NCBI GenBank assembly: GCA_012295275.1
Contig: CM022678.1
Location: forward strand, 7,006,001-7,070,000
Length of the DNA: 64,000 nt
From: Chrysomallon squamiferum
Taxonomy: Eukaryota; Animalia; Mollusca
Reading direction: 5' to 3'
Below the pieces are notes generated by a model. That model was not told the origin of the DNA. It saw nothing but the letters and a program-made list of their open reading frames with translations, and did no database searches. Every line of letters begins with the position of its first letter. The stretch's first letter is position 1. The position numbers were made by a program, and so were the translations under genes. Positions 1 to 22,930 of this stretch are shown one piece after another.

Positions 1-247
1 GGACAGAAAATAGAAAACAAAAAATTAAATTACATTCTTTTCCTCAAGTACTTATTCGTTTGCTCATTTATTTACTCACTTAATTATTTGTTTATTTTCT
101 TCGTTCATTCTTTCCTTCCTTACGTTCTTATGTATTTATTTTGTTACTGATTTAGAAGCTTAATTCATTTTTTATTTCCTTCCTTTCTTCTTTCTTTCCG
201 TATTTACTTATTCACTCATTTATTTATTTACTTCACTTTTTAATTCC

Positions 248-672
248 CTCGTTCCATCCTTATTTCTTTACTAACTTATTTCTCTGTTTTTTTTCTTTTC
301 TGCTTTTCCTTTTATTACTTCCTTACTCCTAAATTCCTTACTTACTTACTTAGCTACTTATAACTTCTAGCATCCTTCTTTCCCTTCTTCCTTCCTTCTT
401 TCCTTCCTTCATTCCTTCCTTACTTACTTCCTTATTTACTTTGTTACATGGTTGAAGTTTTAGTTCATTTTGCTCGTTCCATCCTTATTTCTTTACTATC
501 TTATTTCTCTGGGGTTTTTTCTTGTCTTTATTTTCCTTTTCTTACTTCTTTCTTCCTAAATTCCTTAGTTACTTATAACTTCTAGCATCCTTCTTTATTT
601 CCTTCCTTCTTTTCTTTGTTACTTACTTCCTGATTTACTTTGTTACATGGTTGAAGTTTTAGTTCATTTTGC
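248..672. repeat. Tandem duplication, two imperfect ~200-225 bp units
   Basis: ctcgttccatccttatttctttact...ttataacttctagcatccttcttt...tttactttgttacatggttgaagttttagttcattttgc occurs twice, starting ~248 and ~474. Confidence 0.8.
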
Positions 673-1260
673 ATTATCAGATAAATACTAGATATACGTT
701 TAAACTGATCCATTTGCCATGATCCAGTTGTTTATCAAAAGCCTTGACTTAGATAACTATGTCGGTTTAAGACAGATAAGACCGGTGTTTGCCTTACCAT
801 GTTCTTCTATCTGTCTGTCTATATTCTGCCTGTCTGTCTCTCTGTATGTGTATCAGTATTTGTCTGTCTGTTTGTCTGTGTATATATGTCTATCTGTCTA
901 TGTCTGTCTGTCTCTGTCTCAGTTTGTCGGTCTGCCTCTGTCTATTACTCTGTCTGTCTGTCTATTAGTTGTCTGTCTCTAAGTCTCGCTGTCCATCAGC
1001 CTTTTTTTCTCTCTGTCTGTCTGTCTGTCTGTCTAAAAGTGGAATCCATCCTCGTCTCTGTAGGAGACAAGAAAACGTCACCAAGTCAGAGTGTTACAAA
1101 TCTTGGATGTAGAGAGATTCTTTATCCCGTGAAGTTTTCTTTTTAGCTTGTACTTAAATCTGAGATGATTTGTGATTCATATATACAGTTATTACGATTT
1201 CTTTTAAATTTTAAATGTACCTAAACTAAACGAAATAATAATTAAAGTAGTAGTAATAAG

Positions 1261-1295
<35 letters not shown>

Positions 1296-1320
1296 GAACA
1301 ATAATACGAAGAAGAAGAAG

Positions 1321-1358
<38 letters not shown>

Positions 1359-1394
1359 GTACAAGAACCAACTGATACGTTCTTGTTCAACATT

Positions 1395-1400
1395 TTTATT
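1395..1400 (-). terminator. Putative polyadenylation signal of the LRR gene
   Basis: AATAAA on the minus strand ~50 nt downstream of the TAA stop at 1449. The region is AT-rich, so a chance match is possible. Confidence 0.45.
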
Positions 1401-1448
1401 TCATTATTATTTTAAAAAATTTTTGACCAAGTTTACAACATTTTGACA

Positions 1449-2780
1449 TTAAGTACAATGAGAATGAAACTCAACGATGCCCATGTCGAGATTGGTACAG
1501 CGACCTTTGACTAGTTTGATGTGGGTGTTATTCTTACGCCAGTGTGTAAACCATTCCGTCTCACACGTGCATTCGATCGGGTTCTCCGTTAAGTAGACGT
1601 AACCCAGAGAGTGCAGAGTTCCGATCGCAGTCGGTATGCGTTCCAGTTTGTTTTTCTGCAAGAACAGAGTGATGAGATGGCTCACGTTGTGGAACGCGCC
1701 AGAGGAGACGTACGCGATGTCGTTGTCGTCAGCACTGAAGTAGAACAGACTCGGGCAGTCGTCGAGGTCGTGTCTTTCGATGCTTTCGATTCTGTTGCCG
1801 TCCAGTTCGAGCTTTGACAGTCGCGGGTTGCACATTCCGTTGTGAACGCGGGTTACGAGTCCCGCCGTCAAATAAAGCGTGTTTATGTTCGGCGGCATCG
1901 ATTTTTCGCCCACGTGGCGTATCCGGCTGTGCTGTATGTACAGCTCGTCGAGCGAGGCCTGGTTGCCGAGTCCGTCGGGGATTTTTGTTATCGTTGTGTT
2001 GATGATAAAAACGCTTCTCAGACTGGGCTGCTGAGAAGGAAGCCAGTTTTCGTAGAAGCTAGAGTCTGTCAGAGTTTGCCCTCCGACGTGCAGCTCCCTG
2101 AGAACAGGCAGGCTCTGAAGACCCGTGGGCAAGTCGGTGAGACCCGTGTTCTCGATATTCAAGTACGTCAGCCTGCTACGGAAAGCGTCGAACGCGTCAG
2201 GGGGAATAACTCCAATCGGATTATCCCTGGCGTTCAGCGAGTGCAAATTCCACATGTGCTTGAGCCACGTCGGCCACGAGGTCAAGTCGCTGTCGGATAT
2301 ATCCATGTCGGTCAGAGAAACCCCGAGTTTCTCCATCACCTTCAGGTTCCACTGCGAAATGCTGTTTGAACCGATGTACAGGAACCGCAGCGCTTTCAAA
2401 TCGCCGATCGCTTCGGGCACAGACTTCAGATTTGCGTTCGACAAGTCGAGTTCGTTCAGCGAAGACTTCTGGTTTCTGAAGGCGTCTCTGCTTATGGACA
2501 TGTTTGTGTTGTAAGCCAGGTCGAGATACTCCAGTGAGATGTTGTCAAACGAACTGTCGGTTATGACGAGATTCCTGTTGCTGTGCAAAAACAGGCGATA
2601 CGCAGTCGCTGCATCCCCGATCATCGCAGGAACGGTGTCGAGGTTCCTGTCGTGGCAGTTGACGTAAATACCCGAACAGGTGCAAGGTGCAGGTGCTGGG
2701 CACCCGCGGTCGCAGTTAACCCTTAGAGCGCTGAGACATGTTACTGCTAGGATGAGAGAGAGGGGTTTCTGGGAAGCCAT
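1449..2780 (-). CDS. Secreted leucine-rich repeat protein (signal peptide, LRRNT, ~13 LRRs, LRRCT), single coding exon, 443 aa
   Basis: Hydrophobic N-terminus (LSLILAVTCLSA). LRRNT cap CPAPAPCTCSGIYVNC..RNLDTVP. Repeated LxxLxLxxN motifs (LEYLDLAYN, LNELDLSNANL, LSKLELDGNRI, LITLFLQKNKL). LRRCT NPIECTCETEWF...GRC. No transmembrane segment. The ATG is directly preceded by a tttcag splice acceptor, so a non-coding first exon lies upstream. Confidence 0.93.
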   Translation of the reverse strand: MASQKPLSLILAVTCLSALRVNCDRGCPAPAPCTCSGIYVNCHDRNLDTVPAMIGDAATAYRLFLHSNRNLVITDSSFDNISLEYLDLAYNTNMSISRDAFRNQKSSLNELDLSNANLKSVPEAIGDLKALRFLYIGSNSISQWNLKVMEKLGVSLTDMDISDSDLTSWPTWLKHMWNLHSLNARDNPIGVIPPDAFDAFRSRLTYLNIENTGLTDLPTGLQSLPVLRELHVGGQTLTDSSFYENWLPSQQPSLRSVFIINTTITKIPDGLGNQASLDELYIQHSRIRHVGEKSMPPNINTLYLTAGLVTRVHNGMCNPRLSKLELDGNRIESIERHDLDDCPSLFYFSADDNDIAYVSSGAFHNVSHLITLFLQKNKLERIPTAIGTLHSLGYVYLTENPIECTCETEWFTHWRKNNTHIKLVKGRCTNLDMGIVEFHSHCT

Positions 2781-3605
2781 CTGAAAGTGAATGAATTGTT
2801 GTTTGTGTGAATTGGTGTAAAGAGAGTACTAGAATTATTAAATCTACAGCAGATATATTAATATTTAGATTCTGTGAGAGAAAACGTGCCTCAGTAGTTC
2901 GTATATAATTTTTTCTATTAAAATATGTGTTGGGAATGTTCTAAACCACTGGTTTGTATCTATTTATTTGTATTTTTGTTTGCTTGTTTGTTTATTTATT
3001 TATTTATTTATTTAGTTAGTTAGTTAGTTAGTTATGTGTCTGTTTGTTTGTCTATTAATTGTACATTTCATTTATTTGTTTGATTGTCTGTTTGTTTTTT
3101 GTTTGTTCATTTGTGTACAATTATTTTTGTTACTAAGAATTTTTTCTATTCAAAATTAACGTTCAAAAATTAAATTTTTTAATAATAATAATTTTTTATT
3201 CAAAAAAGAGAGAGAAAGAGAGAGATAAATACATGATTGTCAGTAAACTTAACGTTGATGATGAAATGATGATGACTAAAATAAAAAAAATAATCAATGA
3301 TGATAAAGTAAACTGGACATTTCTTTTGTTTAAGAAATAATTTATTCAATTTAATTCAAGACATCAACAGATGTTGATTCTGCATACAGAGGCTTGCTTT
3401 AAACAGTTCTTTCCTGCTATTATTATTTTTGTTTTAATCATTCATTCATCTCCTTATTATCTTCTTCTGTTACATTTTCTCTGCTCTGAATATGATTTTC
3501 TTTCTATGTTATTGTTTTCCCTGAGCGTCTCATTGAGATAAAATAATGGTTAGAATGATCAGAATCTCAGTTAGAGAGTGTGTGAGAGAGAGAGTGAGAG
3601 AGAGA

Positions 3606-3692
<87 letters not shown>

Positions 3693-3803
3693 AAACACTC
3701 AAATGAAAAAGAAGAGACAGGCGGAAAGAAAAAATAATTTTAAACAAGTCAAGCTTTTTATTTTATATTTTGCTCTTTATAAAATTAAGCACTGACTTAA
3801 ACA

Positions 3804-3863
3804 ACTTACGATTATCTTTGTTAGTCCAACAACACATTTATCTGCAATAGCATGATATTTATA
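3804..3863 (-). promoter_or_regulatory. Putative TATA box and short non-coding first exon of the LRR gene
   Basis: Minus-strand TATAAA at 3863-3858, followed ~50 nt later by a GTAAGT donor at 3809-3804. This would splice to the acceptor in front of the ATG at 2780. Confidence 0.4.
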
Positions 3864-4897
3864 TGTTTTTATTTCTGTTGTTTTTATCTTATCACCTGTT
3901 TGTTCCTACTGCACATGTCAGGATAGACATGTGTCTCGTATTATTATTAAATTATGTAATAGAGTCGAAGAATACAAGTTTTTATATAGAACACGTAGGC
4001 AATGTAACTGTTGTAACAGAATTAGGATTTTATTTATTTGTTTGTTTGTTTGTTTGTTTATTTATTTATTTATGTATCTATTTATTGGCTGCATAGACGA
4101 TTTCATTTTGTTACTTTTTTTTGTCGTCTTTTATGGGATTTTTTAAATTATTATTTTTTTATATGTATGTATGTATGTATGCTTGTCTATATGTATATAT
4201 GTATGTATGTATATATGTATGTAGGTATGTATGTATATATATATATATATATATATTCGGAAATGTGATTAGGTAAGAAACTAAATATTTCATTGTATGT
4301 AAACATGCAGACAGAAAGACAGACTGCCAGACAGAAAGATATATATGTCTGCGTGTGTGTGTGTGCGCGCGCGCGTATGTAATTTATAGAGAAAGAAATA
4401 GAGAGACAGCGAAAGACAGACAGACAGACAGACAGATAGATAGAAGTGATCACATTGGTGTTCATCCAAAACACACATGACACACACACACACACACACA
4501 CAAAAACTTACACACAGAAACAACAAACAATGACTTAAGAAAAGATATATATTTTATTGAAAAGCATTATTGCAAAAAGGTCTTGTAATCAGTAACAAAC
4601 AAATAATAAAAAAACAAACAAACAAAAAAAAAACACTATTCATTCTAAATTTACGAGATATATAAATATATACGTATGAAAAAAATATCAAAAGCATATA
4701 TAGAGATATACAACATGAAAGCACTATTATTATACATTTATGTAAAGATACGTAATTTTAAAAAACAACATTGCATGTATGAGACAAAAGTTCTTGTGAT
4801 TTCAATTCAATAATAAGAATAATCACACCAGATTTGTGATTTCTTTTGTTTCGTATTTTTTAATTAACCAATAACAGATACTTGTTTATTTTATTAC

Positions 4898-4965
<68 letters not shown>

Positions 4966-5225
4966 TTATTTTTTATTTTTTTTTGTTATATATATATACA
5001 GATATATCTTATTTCTCAAATAATGTCAAAAATGTATTAACGAACTCATGCGTGTGTGTCGTGTGTGTGTGTGTGTGTGTGTGTGTATTAAGCACGGGTG
5101 TGTATGTCTGTATAAGTGTTTGTGTGTGTGTAAGTGTGTATGTGTGTATGTATGAATGGATGGATGGGTTTATATATTATGTATATTTGTATGTATGTAT
5201 CTAAGCATGTATGTATGTATGTCTG

Positions 5226-5269
<44 letters not shown>

Positions 5270-5360
5270 CGTGTATCTAAAATATATACAGATTCTAAGA
5301 AAAACTGTCCCCTAGGTGTTTTGCTGCCACGTTGTTTTTTTTGTAATCATCCGAAAGAAA

Positions 5361-5397
<37 letters not shown>

Positions 5398-5432
5398 GAC
5401 TCCTACGTTCGATTTCTAAAACGAGGCTTCAC

Positions 5433-14372
<8,940 letters not shown>

Positions 14373-14427
14373 TTTGTTACAGAGTTTCTCCAACGCGTCT
14401 GCTACTATGCGTCTGATAAGTTTCACA

Positions 14428-14437
14428 GTCACGTGAC
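14428..14437. promoter_or_regulatory. Palindromic E-box/CLEAR-type element upstream of the claudin-like ATG
   Basis: GTCACGTGAC, 56 nt upstream of the ATG at 14372, within a CpG-rich patch. Confidence 0.4.
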
Positions 14438-14557
14438 CCGAAGGAACGGCCGTATGGCTCGCTGCGAAGGTGAAGGTCGTCGATCGTGCGGCAAGTTTGT
14501 CGATGAGCCAGGAAAAAACAGCAACACCGCAGAGCGATAAATACAAGTAGTGATTAC

Positions 14558-14612
<55 letters not shown>

Positions 14613-14640
14613 TACATACATAGACATACACATGTCCATA

Positions 14641-14742
<102 letters not shown>

Positions 14743-15017
14743 AATATACACTAACAAACACGTACAAATATATACATACATACACATACATACATACAGA
14801 CATACATGCACACATACATATAACACATGTACAGACACATTATACATATACACATATATATATATATGTATATACTCACACATTTATAAAAACACAAACA
14901 TGCACAAACGTACATACGTACATACATACATACATACGTACATTCATATATACATACATACATTCATACACACATACATACACACATATATAATATACAC
15001 GTACATACATACGTGCT

Positions 15018-15100
<83 letters not shown>

Positions 15101-15218
15101 ATTTACAGACATAAGGCGGCGATGCGTCATCACTTAGAAAATACATCACAATCTGCTGATGTCCGCGGTCAGACACTCGTGGTCTTTTTCCTGTACGCCC
15201 ATGTAATCACTGCTTCCC

Positions 15219-15231
15219 CGAGAGAGAGAGA

Positions 15232-15327
<96 letters not shown>

Positions 15328-15352
15328 TAGAGAGAGAGACACAGAGAGAGAG

Positions 15353-15392
<40 letters not shown>

Positions 15393-15756
15393 AGAGAGAG
15401 AGAGACACAGAGAGAGAGAGAGAGAGACACACAGAGAGAGAGAGAGAGAGAGAGTGAGAGAGACACAGAGAGAGAGACAGAGATAGAGAGAGAGAAAGAG
15501 AGACAGAGAGAGAGACAGAGAGAGAAAGAGAGATAGACAGAGAGAGAAAGAGAGAGAGAGACAGAGAGAGAGAGCGAAAGAGAGACACAGAGAGAGACAG
15601 AGAGAGAGACAGAGAGAGCGAGAGACAAAGAGAGAGAGATAGAGAGAGAGAAAGAGAGACAGAGAGAGAAAGAGAGAGAGACAGAGAGAGAGAGACAGAG
15701 AGAGCGAGCGAGAGACAGAGAGAGAACGAGAGAGAGACAGAGAGAGCGAGAGACAG

Positions 15757-15836
<80 letters not shown>
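15219..15836. repeat. Long compound (GA)n/(GAGACA)n microsatellite
   Basis: About 600 bp of GA-rich simple repeat. Representative of the many (GA)n, (TA)n, (CA)n, (TAA)n, (TAC)n and (GATA)n tracts across the window. Confidence 0.95.
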
Positions 15837-15841
<5 letters not shown>

Positions 15842-16209
15842 GTAGATATATAGTTCAGATTAAATAGAGATAGATTAACAGATAGATAAATACATACATA
15901 CATACATACACAGATAGATAGAAACTGAGTCAGCAGGGTGGACAGGAAAGGGGGGAGAGGAAGAGATAAAATTAAAGACACAAACAAACAGAATCTGAAG
16001 ACAACATTCGCACACTCTCGTAGCTAAGATAACAAATCTTCTTAGGAATAACAAGCCACTTCGAACAGCCAGCTATGTTACAAGACGTGTTCAGTTTTTC
16101 ATCGTCACCGATCACGATAAATCTTTCTGTATTTGACATATTATTACTACCCATGTTTTCTAACTACATAGCTTGAAGCTGTTGTTTTGTAGAAGAGAAT
16201 TTATATATA

Positions 16210-16261
<52 letters not shown>

Positions 16262-16386
16262 CAAACACACATATTTATATATACACACAGACACACACGA
16301 AAAAACAGACACGCATACATACATACATACATATACATATACATGTATACATACATACATATATACATACATACATATATACATAC

Positions 16387-16431
<45 letters not shown>

Positions 16432-16738
16432 AACACACATATTTATATATACACACAGACACACACGAAAACACACACATACATACATACATAAATATAC
16501 ATATATATATATATATATATAACTGCATCAGTCAAAGCGAACACACATAACGTACTATTAATCTGCTTAAACAAACAACTTAAGAGGTGACTAAACGTCA
16601 TATCGTTGATCGGAAACTGAATACAGTTTTCATGTGACAAGATCTTCACGTGTTCATTCGTGGTGTCCTGAATAAGTAGACGTTTCGTAATATTTATTCG
16701 AAGAGAGTTTGTGATTAAGTCATTCCGAGGCTAGATCG

Positions 16739-16756
16739 TAGCGCCCCCTTGTGACA
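16739..16756 (-). promoter_or_regulatory. CTCF-like binding motif
   Basis: Minus strand tgtcacaagggggcgcta, 17/18 identical to 10627-10644. Confidence 0.5.
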
Positions 16757-17012
16757 TCATGAAACAGCGGGACAAAGGTCAACGTTATATTTGCATTGCG
16801 TAATGTCGTACTGTTTACAACTATGCTACATAATTATATACGTCTGTAATATATCAAATCCTACAATTACTGCTGCTACTATTACTTATACTACTACTAC
16901 TGCTACTGCTACTGCTAATACATCAACTATTACTGTATAAAACATATACGCATATACATGTTAGATGTATTTATGTATGAAAGTGTCTATCTCTCTTTCT
17001 ATATATATATAT

Positions 17013-17051
<39 letters not shown>

Positions 17052-17524
17052 TATAGATATAGATATAGAGATAGATAGATAGATAGATATTTAGATATGT
17101 AAGAAGCATACATATATATATATAGAATGAATTAACGACATCATTATCAAATTAATGTCGTCTGATTTAATGTCGTCTGGTATCCCCATAACTTGGTTAG
17201 ACGGGTCAGACCAGTTTTACTAAGCGAACATTGAAAGTAAAAAATAAAACCCAATGCAACACGTGTTTAGAAGTCTAGAGTTTGTAAACAACCCGTTTTC
17301 ATCTCTCTCTCACCTCCTATTGAGATCATCAGTTTATTTCTAATTAATCTCTTGCTTTCTCTCAAGTTACGCATTAAAGCACCAGTTATAATATATCATT
17401 GATATCGTACAAAATATTATAGAGATAGATTTTTTTCATTCATATATGTATTTACATGTGTGTAGGCTATGTAGGTAGTAGGTATGTGCGCATGTATTGA
17501 ACAGTTAATGATATACGAATATGT

Positions 17525-17607
<83 letters not shown>

Positions 17608-18254
17608 GTCTCTTTATCGGTCTGTTTTTCTTTTATGTTCTTTACAACGTGATGTACGAGTTACTCTGTTTGCAACAACAACGTCAACGACCACAAAGAC
17701 AGCAGCAACAACAACAACAACTAATTTATAACTGTTTTACAATTTCTTATATTCAGTCTTCAGACTGTGTTTTACGACATCACCTACGTCAACAACGACG
17801 ACTTTTAATAGTTCTGCTTAGTTCTGGTAATACTGTTACTACTACTACTACTACTATTACTACTACTACTACTACTACTTCTGCTACTACTCCTATTATT
17901 ACAATAACAATAAGTACTATTATACTTAAGCTATTATTACTACTACAACGGTTACTACTACTACTACTACTACTACTACTTATTACTTTTTCTAGTACTG
18001 CTACTACTACTACTACTACTACTAACACTTCGATTTAATACAACTACGTTACATCAACGAGTAATACTACAATAACTATTTCTAATGGTAATATTAACTC
18101 TAGAAATATTGCTTTGTCTGTTGGTGTTTTGTATAAAACCATAAACATCTAGCCTTTGCGTTTAATCTGAGATCACTGAGTTTAGAACAGGAATTTCCTT
18201 CACTTACTAGTTTATCTACATATTTATATCAGTTCTGTTATCTCACAAACTTAC

Positions 18255-18638
18255 TGCAAGCAGAACAGAGAAACAACAAACCGTGCTCATTTTAAATCCT
18301 ACATAATCTATCGTTATTCCACCAAACAGAGATCCGAAAACATACTGAAAAATAAAACAATAGTTCTTATATATTAGCATGTAATGGTGTGATTCTACTG
18401 TTATTACCTAAGGTTACTATTACTACAACAATAATTACTACGACATCATCAACTACGACGACAACCAATTGTCATGCAACCAGTGCGATTACTAATACCA
18501 CCGCTTCTTTGACCAATACTACTACAATTACTACTGCTACAACTACAACAACTACTACTATAACTAAAAATAATAATGATGATGGTGATATTTATACCCC
18601 TACTGATAATTAATGATGATAATGAAGATAACAACAAC

Positions 18639-18702
<64 letters not shown>

Positions 18703-20190
18703 TTTAACGCTGCTGCTACTTTTACCTAAAACACATCTAAATACATCCCGACAGCGTTTAATAATTAAAACATAAAGATATACTACTACTACGTCTACAT
18801 CAACTACTACAACCACTTTTTTACTAATACTACTACAATTACTACTTCTACAACCCAAAATAATAATGATGGTACTTATACTCCTACTGATAATTAGTTA
18901 AGAAATAAATAAAAAAGTAATAATAATAATAATAATAGAAAGTGTTCAATGTACAGTTATTATATCAATGTATATGTCAGTTATTATATTAAGGAGAAAA
19001 TATCGAAGTAAAATGTAACATAAATAACTAAATAAAAATAATAATAATAAAAAAATAAAAATTCGATATATATATATGTACAAACACACACACACACACA
19101 CACACAAATACACACTCACGTTATATCTGTGTTTCGGCTTGTGTGTTTGTCTTTCTTTGAGTGCGTTTGTTATCTATATCTGTCTACGTAAAACGTGTAG
19201 TATTTATCTCGAATGATCAAGGAGCCTGTATTAGAAGATGTGACAGTACACACGTCTGCAGTGTTTGCCACAATGATTGATGAGAACCAAAAAAAAAAAA
19301 AAAAAAAAAAAAGACTAATGGGACATAAAAATAAAATAAAAATAAACAGATTCCGCGCGTCATGTCAACCGTGGTTACGCTAGTCGTTAAGAGAACGTAA
19401 GCGATGCGTACGTATTTTGCAAATGTCCGTGATGTCGCAAAGATACACAGTTCATAGCAAGCTGTGATCGTAAGTCGTACAAAACCGTTGGTGAAGTGTT
19501 CAGCCTGAGGGAAGGAACAGTTAATGACTGGCTGATTGATTGATTGATTTAGAAAGGTAACTAAGTAAGTAAATAAATAAGTAAATAAATGAAATCGTAA
19601 GTAAGTAAATAAATAAATAAATAAATAAGTAAATAAATAAGTAAATAAATAAATAAATAAATAAATGAATGAATGAATAAATAAATAAGTAAATAAGTAA
19701 ATAAATAATTAAATATAAAATAAATAAATAAGTAAATAAATAAATAAGTAAATAAATGAATAAATAAATAAGTAAATAAGTAACTAAATAAATAAATATA
19801 AAATAAATAAATAAGTAAATAAATAAAAACATAATAAGTAAGTAAGTAAATAAATAAATAAATAAATAATATAAATGTAAATAAATAAACTGGTAAACTG
19901 TTAAATAATGTAAAATAATTTAATTATATGCAGTATAATAATTTTTTTTAATAATAATCATCATCATACTTATCATCAACATCATCATCTGACATCGGTT
20001 CTAGCAGTATTATGTGTAACAGTAGTAGCAGCAGCTTGTAGTAGTAGCAATTAGTAGGTGTTGTTGTTGTTGTTGTTGTTGTTGCACTAGCAATACCAAA
20101 AATAGCAGCAACAAAAACAACACTAATTCAACGACAATAAAAACAAATTGATGACATCTAAACCTAAAAACTAATAGACCTACTGCTATA

Positions 20191-20260
<70 letters not shown>

Positions 20261-20687
20261 GCATTAATACTACTAATAATAATAGTAATAAATAATAAAT
20301 AAACAACTATACCTACGAAGGTATTTTAATATTTTTATTACATTACAGTTAACGGTTTCCATTATGACGTCATATATGACATAAAAGTGAATCTAGAGGT
20401 ATATCCAGTGAAAAGAGAAATATAAATGTGAAGACGAAATGTAAAAGAAAACCTAAGGCACTAAACCAGTGTACAATACAGAGTTATCAATAATAGCACT
20501 AACACTGAATGAAACTAAATAAGATCATAAAATTATTATTAAGAAAAGAAGATAGTTTTCTAAAATTGGTGAACAGCGACGTCATCTTCTCAGTTTCTTT
20601 TTCTTTATTTTTCTCGCTTTCAAGCTTCTCCAGATCTATCGACTTCTTCTGCAGAATCGCCGGATGTTCTTCTTCACTAAACGCCAT
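18255..20687 (-). pseudogene. SLC18B1-like copy A: decayed pseudogene retaining parts of coding exons 1, 2 and 12
   Basis: 20687-20571 encodes MAFSEEEHPAIL...TSLF (8 mismatches in 117 nt versus copy B) and then homology breaks off. 19504-19412 is an exon-2 relic between cag and gtacgc (…TACYELCIFATSRTFAKY versus B IACYEFLIFLTSPIYGRY). 18344-18255 is an exon-12 relic between ttcag and gtaagt (MF-GSLFGGITIDYVGFKMSTV, 1-nt deletion). Exons 3-11 and 13 were not found. Confidence 0.85.
18703..18802. repeat. Dispersed ~100 bp direct repeat, copy 1 (copy 2 at ~25318-25418)
   Basis: ttaacgctgctgctact..tacctaaaacacatctaaatacatcccgacagcgttta.taa.taaaacataa...tactactactacgtctacatc is present at both sites in the same orientation. 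Confidence 0.8.
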
Positions 20688-20750
20688 TTTTTGTGTGTGT
20701 GTGTGTTTGTTCAGATTTCAAAAGCCATCAGAGTTGTCTCCCGTCTGTTT

Positions 20751-20797
<47 letters not shown>

Positions 20798-21327
20798 TAA
20801 TAACAATTAATAGTAATAATAATAGTAACTATATTAATGATGATGATGATAATAATAATAATATAATGATGATGATGACGATTATACTATTACTACTAAT
20901 AATAATAATAATAACAATAATAATAATAATATTAACAATAAAAATAATAATAATAGTTATAATAATAGTAATGATAATGATGATGATGATGATAATAATA
21001 ATAATATAATGATGATGATGACGATTATACTACTACTACTACTAATAATAATAATAACAATAATAATAATAATAATAATAATAATAATTAATAATAATAA
21101 TAATATTAACAATAATAATAATAATAATAGTTATAATAATAGTAATGATAATGATGATGTTGATGATAATAAAAAGAACAACAACAACAACAACAAATAC
21201 AGGAACAAATAGAACAAGAAAAAAAGTAATATCATCACCACCACCACCACCACAAACACCACCATAACAATCACAACAACTACAACAACAACAACAAAAA
21301 CAACAATAATAATAATAATAATAATAA

Positions 21328-21358
<31 letters not shown>

Positions 21359-21392
21359 AAGAAGAAGAAGAAGAAGACGAAATCAAGAAATA

Positions 21393-21463
<71 letters not shown>

Positions 21464-21998
21464 TAATAATAAAAAAAGTGAATCTAAAAAATAAATAAAT
21501 AAAAAAAAAAAAAAAAAAAAAAAAAAGGAAAAAGAAAAAGAAAAATTGTCAGGTACTTAACATATCGCTAATTCATATTCAAACTTACATAAACATTTTT
21601 TACCTTAAACATTTTTTTTTTTTTAACCAGCTGCATTCCAGCATCCATACTCGCTGACAACTCAGAATGTGAGAAGATTTTAGTGAAAAACGTTGTACAC
21701 GACTGAACATTCGTTACGACATCGCTGTTTGTAAAACCACGCCGTCATTGTTTTCTGAATGTCCGTAACAAACAATCTCCATAAATAAACTATTCGGAAA
21801 TGGCGACATCTGGTGGACGTCAGCACCTTTTGATATAATTCAAGTGTGATGTGTTTGTCGGATTAGTAATTAATTGCAGGTTTGTCTGTTGATGCAGTCA
21901 TGGCGGAGAAACAATGTTTGACAAAGAAGAAGATTTGACTTTGTGGAAGTGTTCTCATCTGTGTCATGTGACAGTTGTTGCACGAGCTAATAAACAAT

Positions 21999-22090
<92 letters not shown>

Positions 22091-22196
22091 AACACACACA
22101 CACACACATACACACACACATATATATATATATATATTGTTTTAAGATTAAATTGAAGTAAAGTTGTGAAAACTGAGGTAAATAGAAAAGACAGAG

Positions 22197-22246
<50 letters not shown>

Positions 22247-22404
22247 GGTTTGCGTGTGTCTTCAATTATTAAATTTCATGACAGAAGCGGACCTCTTAAA
22301 ATACTTCTTATACTTATTATCATCATTATCATCATCTTATCATCATCATCATCATCATTATTATTGTTGTTGTTGCTCTTCTTGTTTTTGTCGTTATTTT
22401 GTTT

Positions 22405-22481
<77 letters not shown>

Positions 22482-22930
22482 TTTTTCAACCGATTACTTT
22501 TATATTATAAGCAGTGGAGTAGAAAGAGAGAGAGATTAGAAAGCCAGTGATAGAAAGAAAGACTAAGAGAAGAAAGGAAGAATGATGATGAAAATTAGAA
22601 TTGATGTGATCGAAAGAGGAAAGATGAATGAAGAGAAAACGAAAAATAAAAAGAATAAAATATGGAAGAGACCATAAATTTTCATTTTTTTTTTTTCCAT
22701 ACCTCTGTTTCAGTTCCATAATTCGATTTTGTATATAATGTTTTATTTTTATTTTATTTATTTATTTTTTTATATCATTTTTTTTTTTTTTGAAACATTA
22801 TTCTTTGTTTATTTAACAATAACAAGAAAACACTTAACAAAACAATGTTCAAATATCTACCAACATCTTCCATGGAAATATAATATGGAATATCACTAGC
22901 ACACGCATATACAGACAGACAGACAGACAA
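20571..22930 (-). repeat. Left arm of a large inverted duplication (partner ~27395-29647)
   Basis: Reverse-complement matches: 20571-20750 with 29465-29647, 21551-21978 with 28519-28950, 22143-22295 with 28370-28514, 22580-22675 with 28040-28135, and 22871-22930 with 27395-27500. Confidence 0.85.

Noticed and set aside
1611-2514. Plus-strand ORFs overlapping the LRR gene
   Set aside because: Antisense shadows of a GC-rich CDS with no recognisable motifs.
15972-16154. 60-aa ATG-initiated ORF in unique sequence (MGSNNMSNTERF...)
   Set aside because: No recognisable family, no match to the SLC18B1 exons and no supported splice partners. It cannot be distinguished from a chance ORF.
20499-20687. 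Functional 62-aa protein from copy A exon 1
   Set aside because: Homology to the transporter ends at codon 39, before TM1, and the remainder is AT-rich non-homologous sequence. Treated as part of the pseudogene.
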